Assembly: GCA_025594325.1 (NCBI GenBank)
Contig: JANHCV010000001.1
Location: forward strand, 4,774,001-4,838,000
Reading direction: 5' to 3'
From: Blastocladiella emersonii ATCC 22665
Taxonomy: Eukaryota > Fungi > Blastocladiomycota
DNA length: 64,000 bases
Both the position numbers and the translations under genes were made by a program. Below, piece after piece: positions 1 to 10,991 of the stretch. The stretch's first letter is position 1. Each line of letters opens with the position of its first letter. Below the pieces are notes generated by a model. It saw only the letters and a list, made by a program, of their open reading frames with translations, made no database searches and was not told the origin of the DNA.

Positions 1-1789
1 CTGGCATCGAGGGTGCGCTCAATGGGTCGCTGCGTATCCGCGCAACTATCACTCACCACGCCCGCCGCGTCAAACAGAGAAGCAGCGCAAGCTTGCGGCG
101 TACGGTGTGCGCATTGGCGGCGGCCTCGGCTCCATCTTCGGCGGCGTCCCGCTCAAGAAGCCCGCGCTCCCTGCCGCTCCCGCGCCCGTCCTGCCCACCC
201 CGGCCCCGGCGCCCGCGCCCACCTCCTCCGACGATGCCGCCCCGCGCTTCCCGTCGCTCCCGCGCCGCCCGGCTCCCGGCTCGCCCGTCCCCGGCCCCGC
301 CTCGGGCACCGCGTCCCCGGTCCTCGCCGCGTCGCCGCTCGTCCAGCCGTCCGCGGCTGCCGGCCACCAGCGCACCTCGTCGATCCCCAAGCTGCCCGCC
401 GGCCTCAGCCGCGCCTCGACCCCGCAGCAGGGCGGCGCCGGCTCGCCCGTCATGCTCCCGCAGCGCGTGAACAGTATCGACTCGGTCCGCTCCTCGCACA
501 GCGTCGCGTCCGCGGCGACTTCGCCCGCGCTCCACAAGTCGCCCGAGCTCGCTCCGCGGCCCATGTCGCCGCCGACCGCGCCCGCGCCCGTCGTTGCCGC
601 GGCGCCCGTCACCGTGGATCCCGAGCCGGTTGCCGCTGAGGCTCCCGCTGCTGTCGAGGAGAAGCTCGCCGCCGAGGCTGACTCTGAGGAAAAACCCGAG
701 GCTCCCGCCGCCGCTGACGAGGAGCCCGCGGCCGCGCCCCTCGCGATCCCCGCCCCGAGCAACCCGCCGCTCGCGTCGCTCACCAAGGCGCGCCCCGCCC
801 AGGCCAAGCGCCCGCCCTCGAACCTGCGCGCGCTGTCGCAGACGACTGCCGCCGTGGCGGCCCCCGTCCTGCCGCCCAAGCCGAGCGAGGCCGCTGCTCC
901 CGCGCCCGCGGAGCCCGCCCCGGTTCCTGCCCGCGCGGCGTCGCCCCATCGCGCCGCCTCGCCCCCGAGCGTGTCGACCGCCGCGCCCGCCATCGAGTCC
1001 CCCGAGCCGACCAAGCCCGAGAGCCCCGCCGTGACGGCCGCGACGCCTACGTCGCCGTCGACCCCGCCCGTCCTCGGCCGCCTCGGCCGCGTCTCGTCGG
1101 CCATCGCCAACCTGCAGGCCAACCTCGCCGGCATGGGCGGATCCGGTTCTGGCGCCGCGGGCGGCCGCACCAACCCGCCGCCGGTCCCGGGCGCGAAGCC
1201 GCTGTTCGGCGGGTTCGGCCTGCGCCGCGCCACCCCGACGCCCGCGGCGCCCGCTCCCGCGACGGAGTCTGAGCCCGCCTCGCCCAAGGTGTCGACCGAT
1301 AACCTCGACCCCCACCGTGGCCGCGCCGCGCCGCGCTCGCCGAGTCCCGTCGGGCTCCGCATCGACGCCGCCGCCGCGGGCCGCACCGGGTCGTCGTCGT
1401 CGCTCTCGGGCGCGGCGGCCGACGCGCCGATGTCGCCGGGTATCGTCCAGGGCGCCGTGGCGCGTGCGCGCGCCGGTTCGCCGTCCCCGCGGTCGCCGTC
1501 GCCGGGCACGAGTCCGACGCGCACTAAGTCCCCCGTCGTGCGGCCCGTCAGCACCGCGAGCCGCGTGTCGTCGGCGTCCGCGTCGACGACGACGCACCAC
1601 GAGTGGAGCAACGGGATCGCGCAGCACGACGACGATAACGCGCCGTCCATGGCTACCGTGATGGGGATGGTCAAGGCGCTCCAGATCGAGGTCAACGAGC
1701 TCCAGGCCGCGCTCGCCGCTGAGAAGCGCGCGCGTGAGGCGCTCGAGGTCAAGGTCGCGGCGATGGCCCAGCAGCAGCAGCAGCAGTGA
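1..1789 (+). CDS. 3' part of a Pro/Ala/Ser-rich actin-regulator-like protein with a capping-protein-interaction (CPI)-like motif and C-terminal coiled coil (CIN85/CD2AP/CapZIP-like); 5' end outside window
   Basis: Intron 13-77 (GTGCGC...CAG) joins GIE|EKQRKLAAYGVRIGGG in frame with ORF 107-1789; motif LASLTKARPAQAKRPPS resembles CPI consensus LxHxTxxRPK..RRPP; SSAIANLQANL resembles CapZIP; heptad tail MVKALQIEVNELQAALAAEKRAREALEVKV. Confidence 0.5.
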   Translation, partial: WHRGCAQWVAAYPRNYHSPRPPRQTEKQRKLAAYGVRIGGGLGSIFGGVPLKKPALPAAPAPVLPTPAPAPAPTSSDDAAPRFPSLPRRPAPGSPVPGPASGTASPVLAASPLVQPSAAAGHQRTSSIPKLPAGLSRASTPQQGGAGSPVMLPQRVNSIDSVRSSHSVASAATSPALHKSPELAPRPMSPPTAPAPVVAAAPVTVDPEPVAAEAPAAVEEKLAAEADSEEKPEAPAAADEEPAAAPLAIPAPSNPPLASLTKARPAQAKRPPSNLRALSQTTAAVAAPVLPPKPSEAAAPAPAEPAPVPARAASPHRAASPPSVSTAAPAIESPEPTKPESPAVTAATPTSPSTPPVLGRLGRVSSAIANLQANLAGMGGSGSGAAGGRTNPPPVPGAKPLFGGFGLRRATPTPAAPAPATESEPASPKVSTDNLDPHRGRAAPRSPSPVGLRIDAAAAGRTGSSSSLSGAAADAPMSPGIVQGAVARARAGSPSPRSPSPGTSPTRTKSPVVRPVSTASRVSSASASTTTHHEWSNGIAQHDDDNAPSMATVMGMVKALQIEVNELQAALAAEKRAREALEVKVAAMAQQQQQQ

Positions 1790-2006
1790 GCTGTGGTGAA
1801 CGGGAATGTTGTGGACGAGGATGACATTGTAACGTATAGCGCATTTGTTTTGAACTGAATGGTGGTGGCAGCGGGTGAGAGGTGAGTGGTGGTGGCGCAG
1901 CGCGAGGGACGACTGCGCCACCCCGACCTGTCAGCCAGTCGGTCGCGCGTTGCCCCCGACCTCCGTGTGCCGAACCCGGCCTCCCCTCACTGTAGTGGAA
2001 CGACCC

Positions 2007-2014
2007 TATAAAAA
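2007..2014 (+). promoter_or_regulatory. TATA box upstream of the 2090 ORF
   Basis: TATAAAAA about 80 nt before the ATG, followed by a C/A-rich leader, in otherwise very GC-rich DNA. Confidence 0.55.
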
Positions 2015-2089
2015 GGCCCCTTCGCCTCCCGCGAACAGATCTCCATCAAGTACTCTCCAGTCTCACCTCCAACAAAAACCCTCTCAACC

Positions 2090-2671
2090 ATGGGCCGCAC
2101 CATCACAGCCAACAACAAGACCGTCCAGCGCACCGTCCGCCCGGCCACCTCGTCCAAGCAGGCGCCCGCCGCCGCTCAGGTCAAGCAGCAGCAGACGCAG
2201 ACCTCGAAGCAGGCTCCCGCCACCAAGCAGCAGCAGCTCGCGAAGCCGCAGTCGCCGCCGACCAAGCTCGCCACGGCCAAGCTCGCCACGGCCAAGCCAG
2301 CATCCCTGACTAGCAAGACCCACCAGCATCACAACAAGGCCACGTCGCCGACCTCGACGCTCAACATTAACGCGCGTCCGTTCTACCCGAAGCAGCAGTC
2401 GGCGGCCGCCGGCGTCCAGCAGCGCTTCCCGCAAGGCACCGTGTACCGCGCGACGCCCGTGCGCGAGCACCCTGACGACGCGTTCCTCTCGGGCGCGTGG
2501 ATGTTTGACGAGGCCCGCGTCCCGAGCTGGATGGCCGCGCAGCTGCCCAAGCAGCAGGTCAAGCAGGCGCCGACCAAGGCCGCGACCACGGCCGCCGCGG
2601 CCACGCGCCCGCAGCAGGCGTCCGGCCAGAAGCGTCCGCAGTCGCCGACCCGCGGTAACGGCCGCTCATAA
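2090..2671 (+). CDS. 193-aa basic Q/K/T/A-rich protein with a PAM2-like (PABP-interacting) motif
   Basis: Intronless ORF with typical codon usage, good Kozak context (ACCATGG), upstream TATA; STLNINARPFYP matches PAM2 consensus LNxxAxxFxP. Confidence 0.6.
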   Translation: MGRTITANNKTVQRTVRPATSSKQAPAAAQVKQQQTQTSKQAPATKQQQLAKPQSPPTKLATAKLATAKPASLTSKTHQHHNKATSPTSTLNINARPFYPKQQSAAAGVQQRFPQGTVYRATPVREHPDDAFLSGAWMFDEARVPSWMAAQLPKQQVKQAPTKAATTAAAATRPQQASGQKRPQSPTRGNGRS

Positions 2672-2762
2672 GTCGGGCGAGAGAGTGTGATTGAATACCC
2701 GGTGGTGCAATGGATGGCGTGCATTGTGTCTCAATAGTGCGTTGTGTGAATGTTTCCCCTGT

Positions 2763-4545
2763 TCAGCTGAGGGCCATGGCGTACGCGGCGAACGTGGCCG
2801 CGACCTCCTCAAGGTCGGCCGGATCAAGCGCCTCCATCATCTACAGAGCGATTAATCGGTCAGTCTCGTGGACGAACACGTCTCGATCATCGAAGCGCAC
2901 AGCAGCAGACGTGTGGTGGTAGCGGAAGTAGACGTCGTCGGGCGTGTCGCTCATCCACTGCCCGCACACGGCCTGGCTGCACCACTTCGCCACGTCTTCG
3001 CCGGCACCGCCGCGCTCGACGTGCCACCCGCGGCCGCCGGCCTGGCGCACCGACTCGCCGACCTGGACGAAGCCCTCGAACGTCTCCTCCGACAGCCCCG
3101 CACCGCCGAGCGTGAGTCCGCGCGGCGTAAAGACGCCCTCGTCGCTCTCGAGCGCGACCAGGACCTGCTCGTCGCGGTGCGCGCCGTAGTACGCGTTGCC
3201 GCCAAACACGCCCGTCTCCTTGGCCGTGAACAGGACGACGCGCAGGGTGCGGCGCGGCACGTACTGCGCGACATGCCGCAGCAGGTACAGGGCCTGGTAC
3301 GTGACCATGAACCCGGCGCCGTCGTCGACCGCGCCCACGCCCTTGTCCCAGCTGTCGATGTGCCCGCCCAGCAGGATCACCTCGTCGGGACGCTCGGTGC
3401 CGCGGAGCTCGATCACCGTGTTGCGGCTCACCGCCGTGCCGAGCTCCGAGGCCATGGTCAGGTGGAGGACCGGCGACGTGCCGTGCGACCGCGCGAAGAT
3501 GCGCGACACGATGTTGGCGTCCTCGACGGCGAGCGCCGCGGCGGGGATGCTCGCGCGCTTCGACGTGCCCGTGTGCGGCGAACGCATCGAGTACGGCGTC
3601 ACCGACTGGATCAGGCACGCGAGGGCGCCCCTACGTGACGCATTGGGTCAGATCCTCGCGCTAGTCGGTCAGGAACAGGAATACGTGCCACTGAGCGGCC
3701 CGCTCGGCTGAAATCTGGCGGTACTTGGACCCGGTGCCGTAGCCCTCCCACTTGTGGTTGACGAGTACGATCTTGTCGCGCAGCAGGCCCTGCGCGCCGA
3801 CAGTCTCGAGCTCCTCCAGCGTCGATACGACGTAGACGGGCGCCTTGATGCCCTCGGGTGGAGTTGACGGCGAGAACCTACTCGGAGGTGTGTGAGTTCC
3901 ATGCTGGGAAAAGACTGGGCAGAGCTTAGACGTACCCGAGACCCACAACGGCGAGGTTGGTCGTCCAGGTGTCGGTGATGAGCGTGGCCGACTCCTCGCC
4001 GCGCGTCCACTTCGGGATCGTCACGTCCTCAGTGTGGACGTCGAAGCCGTCGGCCTTGGCGCGCTGCGCCATCCAGTCGATCGAGTTCTCGAGCGCTACC
4101 TCGCGGATGGCGGCGTCAGCGGGCGCCCAACGCGCGCGGAGCGTTCGGTACGAACCCTTGGAACCAGCGGGCCGAGGACCGTACGTGTCTACACCACGCA
4201 AGGATCGCGTAGTAAGTGACAGGTCACAGCAAAGATCAGCGAGAATCCTGCCGTACCCGTAAGCTCAGCAAGGCGGTCCCACGCCGTCGTGACGTTGCTG
4301 CCCGACTGGAACGCCTTGGTCTGGACGCGCCGGAACAGCGTGTCGACGGCCTGCGTGTACTCGGCGCGGCGCGTGTAGCCCTCATGGAAGGTCGAGAGCG
4401 CGCTCTTCGCGAACTGAACGCGGGACGGCGACGAGATGAAGCCATCCGAGAGGGAAGTCTGGTCGCGGTGCAGCGCAGCGATGGGCGACGCGTCGGTCCC
4501 GCCGGACAAGAGGACGGCCAGCAGGCCGAGGATCAGAAGCTTCAT
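2763..4545 (-). CDS. CPQ: Secreted M28 metallopeptidase, carboxypeptidase Q-like (5 exons)
   Basis: Signal peptide MKLLILGLLAVLLSGGTDA; RLAELTDTYGPRPAGS; PA domain KIVLVN; SPHTG; GGHIDSWDKGVGAVDDGAG; ALESDEGVF; YFRYHHT; four short introns, one GC-AG (3631-3688); stop at 2763-2765. Confidence 0.9.
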
Positions 4546-4896
4546 GGTTTACCGTCGTCGTGTTGCTGAGGAGCGAGGACCGTTGACGGGCAGCCGGCCG
4601 CGTCTTGGGCTTCGCTGGGTCGGCGATCACGTCACCGCGTCGACGCGACCGGATCACGCGAGACAATCTTCACGTGGTGCGATAGAATAAATCCGCATCA
4701 TTACCCGTGTCCGTATCCGCGCATCGTTGTCAGCGTCGGCCGCGTCTCACTGCTGTCTCGCGAGTCACACGTGATTGTTTGACGCGAGATCGGGTTCAAA
4801 GAGATTGCGCCTACCAGCACGCCCCACCATAGGCCACCGCACAGCATCCTGCACGGCTCTCTACTATCGGTGGAAACTCGAGCAAGATGTATACTA

Positions 4897-5703
4897 CTAC
4901 TTTGGCACCGAGCACGACATCATGCGCTGCACCGCGCCAACGAGAGCCACGATGGCTGCCGCGTCGACCCCGGGCGCGACCACAATGTCAATCGCCTTCG
5001 TAAGATCAAAGCGCTTGGCCGAGGTGACGCGCGCAATGTGCTCGCCGCCGTCTCGCGGATGGCCAAGGAAAAAGTACAGCTCGCGCTGGGTACCCTTGCC
5101 AACGAGCACAGCTCCCGCGACCGTCGTCGCCTCGACCGTGAGCCGTTGCATGCCGTACTTGAGCTTGACCGAGATTAGCTTCTGCGACTTGGTCGCGTCC
5201 TGCCGCTGGTGGTACCCGGGCAGCGCGTTCGGGTCCTCGGCCACGGCGTCCCCGGGGTTGTTCTCGATCGAGCCGGGCGACATGCCGCTCATGGCGCGCA
5301 TGAACGAGCTCGGGATCTGCTGCTGCACCCACATCGGGACCTCGTGCACGCGGAGGATCTGCGCGGCGCGGTCGATGAACGAGTTGGACTCGAGGAACAT
5401 GGCGACGAGCGGCGTCTGGCGGACAGCGTCGCTGACGATCAGGTGCGCGACGCCGATCGGGACGTGGCCCGCGCACTCGTACTGGACGACGCCTGTCGCC
5501 TTGTCGGTCACACGCATGGTCACCGGCCACGTGTAGCCGAGGACGGTCTGTGGCTCGTCCTTGATGATGTCCATGCGCAGCTCAAGCGGAGCGGATGTCC
5601 GAACGTGCTCATGGCCCACGATGGGAAGAATGTCGTCAAGGAAGGCCAACGACAGGTCGCGCGACGAATAGTCGGTCTTGGACGTTGAGAAAAGCGATAA
5701 CAT
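4897..5703 (-). CDS. 268-aa protein with a tubby-C/LURP-one-related (scramblase-like) C-terminus
   Basis: Intronless ORF with coding codon bias; terminal IVVAPGVDAAAIVALVGAV resembles the VxPGVDxAxIVAL end motif of LURP1/Tubby_C-like folds. Confidence 0.5.
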   Translation of the reverse strand: MLSLFSTSKTDYSSRDLSLAFLDDILPIVGHEHVRTSAPLELRMDIIKDEPQTVLGYTWPVTMRVTDKATGVVQYECAGHVPIGVAHLIVSDAVRQTPLVAMFLESNSFIDRAAQILRVHEVPMWVQQQIPSSFMRAMSGMSPGSIENNPGDAVAEDPNALPGYHQRQDATKSQKLISVKLKYGMQRLTVEATTVAGAVLVGKGTQRELYFFLGHPRDGGEHIARVTSAKRFDLTKAIDIVVAPGVDAAAIVALVGAVQRMMSCSVPK

Positions 5704-6107
5704 GGCAAATCAAAGTGGGAACAGAGGGGAGCGAGAACCGTGCACGGCAGGCCGGTCCCTGTCATGAGCTGACCAACGATACGCAAGCAAAGCGGCCCAC
5801 ATGGGCCTCTCGGTCTTTTGTCGATCGCGCCACTTCATGGATTCGTCATCTCTGACGCCGTCCATCGAGAGCTCGGCGGTGAAAGCTCGAGCTTTCCACG
5901 GCGAGAGGAGAAAACGCGTCGAGACGCGTGGTCACGCGGCATCAGCTGACGACCTGCAGCGAGACAGGGACGCGTCGAGGGACGCGTTTTTCCTCACAGC
6001 GGTCCAGCAAGCACCTCTCGCTTACCGAAAACCCATGCAAACCCTGCAATGAAAGCTGCCCTTGAGCACTGAGTAACCGCAAAGAACCTTTCAACCGCCA
6101 GTTCATC

Positions 6108-8569
6108 ATGGCCGCACCAGGAGACTTGCCGCCCGGAATGGCCGCTGCCGCGGCAGCCGTCGACGGGGACTCGAGCGCACACTCGATCCTGCGTTCCTCG
6201 CTAGACGTTGAGTTGACGTACCCGGCCTTTCGATTGGTGGGTACCGCCTCGCGGAGTAGCCCGGGTGCACAACTGACCACCCTCCCAACGACCGCAGCCC
6301 GGCGTGTTTGACCGCAAGTTCGAGGCCAACTTCCTGTTCACCAACGCCGACGCAGACTCGCCAAAACACTTTCACCGCGTTTTCCACCAGCACACGGCGT
6401 TCCCGCCGAACCGAAAGTACTCGATTCTGGGCGACAAGGCGGGTCAGCAGGCCGCCATGGCGGCGGCCCTCGCCACGGTCGGCGGTGGATCGTCGGCATC
6501 GCTACCACGACCGGGAGACGGAGACGCGACGGGCTCGAACGGGGATCTTTCGACGTCGACACTGCCACGACCGTCACCGGCCCTCAACGCGTCTGGCGCT
6601 GCAGGGCAGGGACCGAATGTGGCCAAGCGGCGAGGCGCTGGCGACCTCAACCTGATCGCCATGGGCGCCATCGACGGCCGGCTCGCGCTCACCGAGGATG
6701 TCGACAACACGTACGACAATTTCGCGTTGTGGCTCTCGAGTCACCTCGCTGACTCGTGTCCATGTCCTTGTAGCGACTCGTACTCGATCGTCCGCAAGCT
6801 CATTTTCGGTAACGCGAGGCGAATGGTACGCTCGCTGTACGCACAACCCGAGCTCGGCCTCACCTGATTGGTTGATCTGTAGAACGTGTCACGTCTCGAG
6901 CGCAAGGACATCAACTTCTCGTCCATCGTCGACATTGACGACGAGGCGTTCGAGAGCTACGTGACCGACGACCTCGCAGGCCGACTCGGCGAGGGCACCT
7001 TCTTCCGCTTCGTGATGCTCCTCGTCATCATCCTCAACTCGGTCATGATCGGCATCCAGACTGACACGAACATGGTACGCGCTCCTCCCGTCGCTCGCGG
7101 GCGAAACTGGTGCTGATCCATCGCGTCGAGTAGCGGTTGCTCTACGGACCAACATTCGCGGTCATGGACTCGATCTTCCTGTCCATCTTCATCATGGAGA
7201 TCCTGTTCAAGTGGTACTACGCATTCGCCAACTTCTGGAAGTCGGCGTGGAACTGGCTCGATGTGGCGCTCGTCGTCGTTGCCCTGCTCGGCCCACGTAC
7301 GCTCTGCTACGACCGGGGACACGGCCCGATGCTGATTGCCATACCATCGTGTAGTCATCACGTTCGGGCAGTCGAGTCGAATCCTCAAGATGTTCCGCAT
7401 GATCCGCGCGTTCCGAAGTCTGCGCAGTATCAGCGCGCTGTCGGGCATGTACACGGTCCTTCAGGTCGTCGCGCGCAGTATTCCCGGTACGGACTCGAGC
7501 CGAAAGTCGCACTCGGTGCCGCGATGCTGACCATGCACATCGCGATCCGTAGACATGCTCAACATCACGCTGCTGTTGTTCATCCTCATGTTCATCTTTG
7601 CCGTGGTCGGCGTCACGCTGTTCGGCACCGTGTACCCCGAGCGGTTCGGCGATCTCGGGACGGGTACGCACGAGTCGGGCGTAGACCACGCATCCCGTCG
7701 CAACTCACATGTTTGGCATTGTGTAGCCCTGTTCTTCCTGTTCATCCTGGTCACGCAGGACGGATGGGTGCAGCTGTTTGACGAGCTCGAGGCACGTCAG
7801 CGTTCCGTTCGCCGAACTGCATTTCAGCGCTGACGCTCGCCCTGTTCTTAGAGACGGGGCCAGTTCACGGCCGGTGCCATCTACTGTGTCATCTTCGTCA
7901 CGCTCGGCGGCTTCGTCTTCTCGAACCTGATCGTGGCCGTGGTCGTGACCAACCTGGTGCGCCGCTGCGAGCACTAACCCGAAACTCGAGGCGCTACTGA
8001 CACCGCGCGCGTGCGCTCTCGGGTAGGAATTGACGTACGAAAACATCAAGAAGCAGATGCGCGTCAAGTACCGGCGGCTCAAGTCGCGGGCGGGGATGCG
8101 GCGCAAGGGCGGCGAGGCGCAGCGGCCCGTCACCAACATTGCCGAGGGCGACGAGCCGACGTTCCTCAACCAGATCCCGTTCGAGCTGCCCGAGTTTGAC
8201 CGCATCACCGAGTCCAAGCTCGAGAACTACTACCTGCTGCTCATGATCATCGAGGACAACTTGAAAGAGTACGTCAAGATCAAGGAGTCGCTCAACGAGG
8301 TATGCTTGTCGCGTGTTGTCTCCGCTGAAGCGGGACGCTGACACTTGGACATGGTGCGGTGCGTAGATCCTCATCGAGCTCAAGGAGATCAACCAGGCGC
8401 AGGCGGACGAGGACGACCAGGACGACCGGCTCAGCAACGACGAGGACGAGCCAGAAAACATGGTACGCGCTCGTCGTCGCGCCTCTCCGCATCGCGTTGC
8501 TGACATTCGACGCCCGTACAGGACACTGGCGACGCCCTCACACGGCTCATCAACATGCAAGGCCGGTGA
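6108..8569 (+). CDS. CATSPER4: CatSper-type Ca2+ channel pore subunit, most like CatSper4 (11 exons)
   Basis: Spliced 6-TM channel: FRFVMLLVIILNSVMIGIQTD, FWKSAWNWLDVAL, S4 RILKMFRMIRAFRSLR, RSIPDMLNITLLLFILMFIFAVVGVTLFG, pore LFILVTQDGWVQLF (TQDGW is the CatSper4 pore motif), S6 GAIYCVIFVTLGGFVFSNLIVAVVVTNL, C-terminal coiled coil. Confidence 0.8.
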
Positions 8570-9054
8570 GGAGAGCCACAGGCCGGCCGCCCACACGCGC
8601 GCGCGAGCGCGACGGCCCTGCCCTCCCCGTTCCTGCGAATACATCCCGTACATCCGCACCCGCACAGCCCGGAATAGAGTTACGCCCCGCGAGATCGGCG
8701 GATTCGGCGCGCGGTGTGGCGCAGCGCGTCGGTGCCGGGGGCTCGTGATGTGTGCGGCGTGGCGGTCAGGCTGACACGGGTCGCTCCGATTTCGCCGAGC
8801 TTCCGAACGACGCGCCTGCGCCCCAACCGGCGCGCGCGCTTCAACGGCACGACTTTTCGCGCTAAGGCTCGCAGGGCTGCGAATCATCGTGCGTCAGAAC
8901 GCGCTCGCGAGGCGGTTGATGCCCCCAATCGCGACGGGAGCGCGCCTACAAAAGCTTCGCGCTCCCCCTCGCCCGGCCCCGCGATCGACTAGCGCTCTTC
9001 CACTCGGCTACCCCTGCTACGAACCGACCCACTTGACGCAACCGACCGACCACC

Positions 9055-10629
9055 ATGACGGCGACCCCGACCACGTTCGCGCCTGCGTTCGCGGCGCACC
9101 ACAAGGACAACCCGACCAAGGTGTCGGCCAAGCACGCGTACGCGTACCAGTCGGGCTTCGGCAACGAGTTTGCGTCCGAGACGCCCGGCTTCGAGGGCGC
9201 GCTGCCCGAGGGCCAGAACACGCCGCAGGTGTGCCCGTACGGCCTGTACGCCGAGCAGCTGTCGGGCTCGGCCTTCACGGCGCCGCGCGGCCACAACCTG
9301 CGCACTTGGATGTACCGCATCCGCCCGTCCGTGTGCCACACGCCGTTCGCGCGCGCCAACCTGCCGACCGCGCACGTCGTCCGCCACTTCGCCGACGGCG
9401 AGTGCGAGCCCACGCCCAACCAGCTACGCTGGTCGCCGCTCGACATCCCCAAGGCCGGCAAGGTGCCCTTCCATGCCGGCCTCCACACCTTCTGCGGCGC
9501 CGGCGGGCCCGAGACCAAGTCCGGCCTCGCCATCCACATGTACACGGCCAACGCCGACATGGAGCGCACCTCCATGTACAACTCGGACGGCGAGTTCCTG
9601 ATCGGTACGCTCTCTAGCTCGTTGCAACCTCATTGCTCTCCCGGATCTCGCGTGCTGACCACCGATTTCCCGCGCGCCCATCTAGTCCCGCAGCAGGGCG
9701 CGCTCGACATCAAGACCGAGATGGGCAAGCTGTACGTTGCCCCGAACGAGATTGCCGTGATCCCGCGCGGCATCAAGTTCTCCGTGTCGCTGCCCGACGG
9801 CCCGGCGCGCGGCTATGTGCTTGAGGTGTACAACGGCCGGTTCGAGCTGCCCGACCTCGGCCCGATCGGCGCCAACGGCCTGGCCAACCCGCGCGACTTC
9901 CTGTACCCGGTCGCCACCTTCGAGGAGGTGTCGGGCGAGTTCACGGTCATCAACAAGTACGCCAACATCCTGTGGCAGGCGTCCATGGACCACTCGCCCT
10001 TCAACGTGGTCGCGTGGCACGGCAACTACGCGCCCTACAAGTACGACCTCGCCAAGTTCAACGCCATGAACACGGTCACCTTCGACCACCCGGACCCGTC
10101 CATCTTCACGGTCCTGACCTGCAAGAGCAACACGCCCGGCGTCGCCATTGCCGATTTCGTCATCTTCCCGCCACGCTGGGCCACGGGTGAGGGTACCTTC
10201 CGCCCGCCCTACTGTACGTTCGCTCTCCCCTGCACCCCTCATGCAGAAGCCAATGCTAACTTTGACTTTTCGCTTTATCTAGTCCATCGCAACGTAATGA
10301 GTGAGTTCATGGGATTGGTGAAGGGCGCGTACGAGGCCAAGGCCGAGGGCTTCGTGCCCGGCGGCGCGTCGCTGCACTCGATGATGACGCCGCACGGGCC
10401 CGACGCGCCGACCTTCGAGAAGGCGTCCAACGCCGCCCTCAACCCCGTCCGCGTCGCCGACGGCACCATGGCCTTCATGTTCGAGTCGTCGCTCATGATG
10501 ACCGTATCCAAGTGGGCGCTCGAGGAGTCCAAGAAGGTCCAGCAGGACTACTGGACCCACTGGCAGGGGCTCAAGTCGCACTTCGACAAGGGCAACAAGG
10601 CCGGCGACAAGGCCAAGCTCAAGTTTTAG
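9055..10629 (+). CDS. HGD: Homogentisate 1,2-dioxygenase (3 exons)
   Basis: [105 protein letters not shown]; two introns read through in the ORF track. Confidence 0.97.
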   Translation: MTATPTTFAPAFAAHHKDNPTKVSAKHAYAYQSGFGNEFASETPGFEGALPEGQNTPQVCPYGLYAEQLSGSAFTAPRGHNLRTWMYRIRPSVCHTPFARANLPTAHVVRHFADGECEPTPNQLRWSPLDIPKAGKVPFHAGLHTFCGAGGPETKSGLAIHMYTANADMERTSMYNSDGEFLIGTLSSSLQPHCSPGSRVLTTDFPRAHLVPQQGALDIKTEMGKLYVAPNEIAVIPRGIKFSVSLPDGPARGYVLEVYNGRFELPDLGPIGANGLANPRDFLYPVATFEEVSGEFTVINKYANILWQASMDHSPFNVVAWHGNYAPYKYDLAKFNAMNTVTFDHPDPSIFTVLTCKSNTPGVAIADFVIFPPRWATGEGTFRPPYCTFALPCTPHAEANANFDFSLYLVHRNVMSEFMGLVKGAYEAKAEGFVPGGASLHSMMTPHGPDAPTFEKASNAALNPVRVADGTMAFMFESSLMMTVSKWALEESKKVQQDYWTHWQGLKSHFDKGNKAGDKAKLKF

Positions 10630-10991
10630 ATGCCTCGTGTGGCCGGTCGTGGTGGGCCGAGCAGTTTGAAGGGCGCGAGTGCATCGCGTCAGCCGAGGCG
10701 ACTGATGGATGTTCGTCCAGTGTAATATTAATTTTGTCTATACGCTCAACCACACTGGCTCTCCTGCTCAGGACGAGCGAGACGCGGAGAGAAGTCGGGC
10801 GCTGGTTCGGGCTCTGCTGGGTTGGACGCGAGCGAAGCGCTCGAAGCGGCGTGGAACAGGCGCATGTGTGTGGCGCAACGCGTCGCGTCGTCGAGCTCTC
10901 GGCTGCCGATCCCACGGCCCTTCCTCTTGCTGCTCTCAAATCCACCCTTGCACTTCATGTAACGCTAGTCTATCTCCATGCATCTGCAACA

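Noticed and set aside
53-1921. Long antisense or alternative-frame ORFs (e.g. 53-1921 minus, 23596-25140 minus, 42833-44827 plus, 52400-55348 minus, 54079-56559 plus, 59410-61116 plus)
   Set aside because: Shadow ORFs expected at this GC content; they overlap genes with recognisable motifs and lack coding-type composition
9055-10629. HGD as part of a tyrosine-catabolism or pigment gene cluster
   Set aside because: No HPPD, FAH, MAAI or tyrosinase gene in the window; neighbours are unrelated
10700-10991. RFX X-box upstream of CEP290 or CatSper
   Set aside because: Only half-sites (GTAAC/GCAAC); no full palindrome
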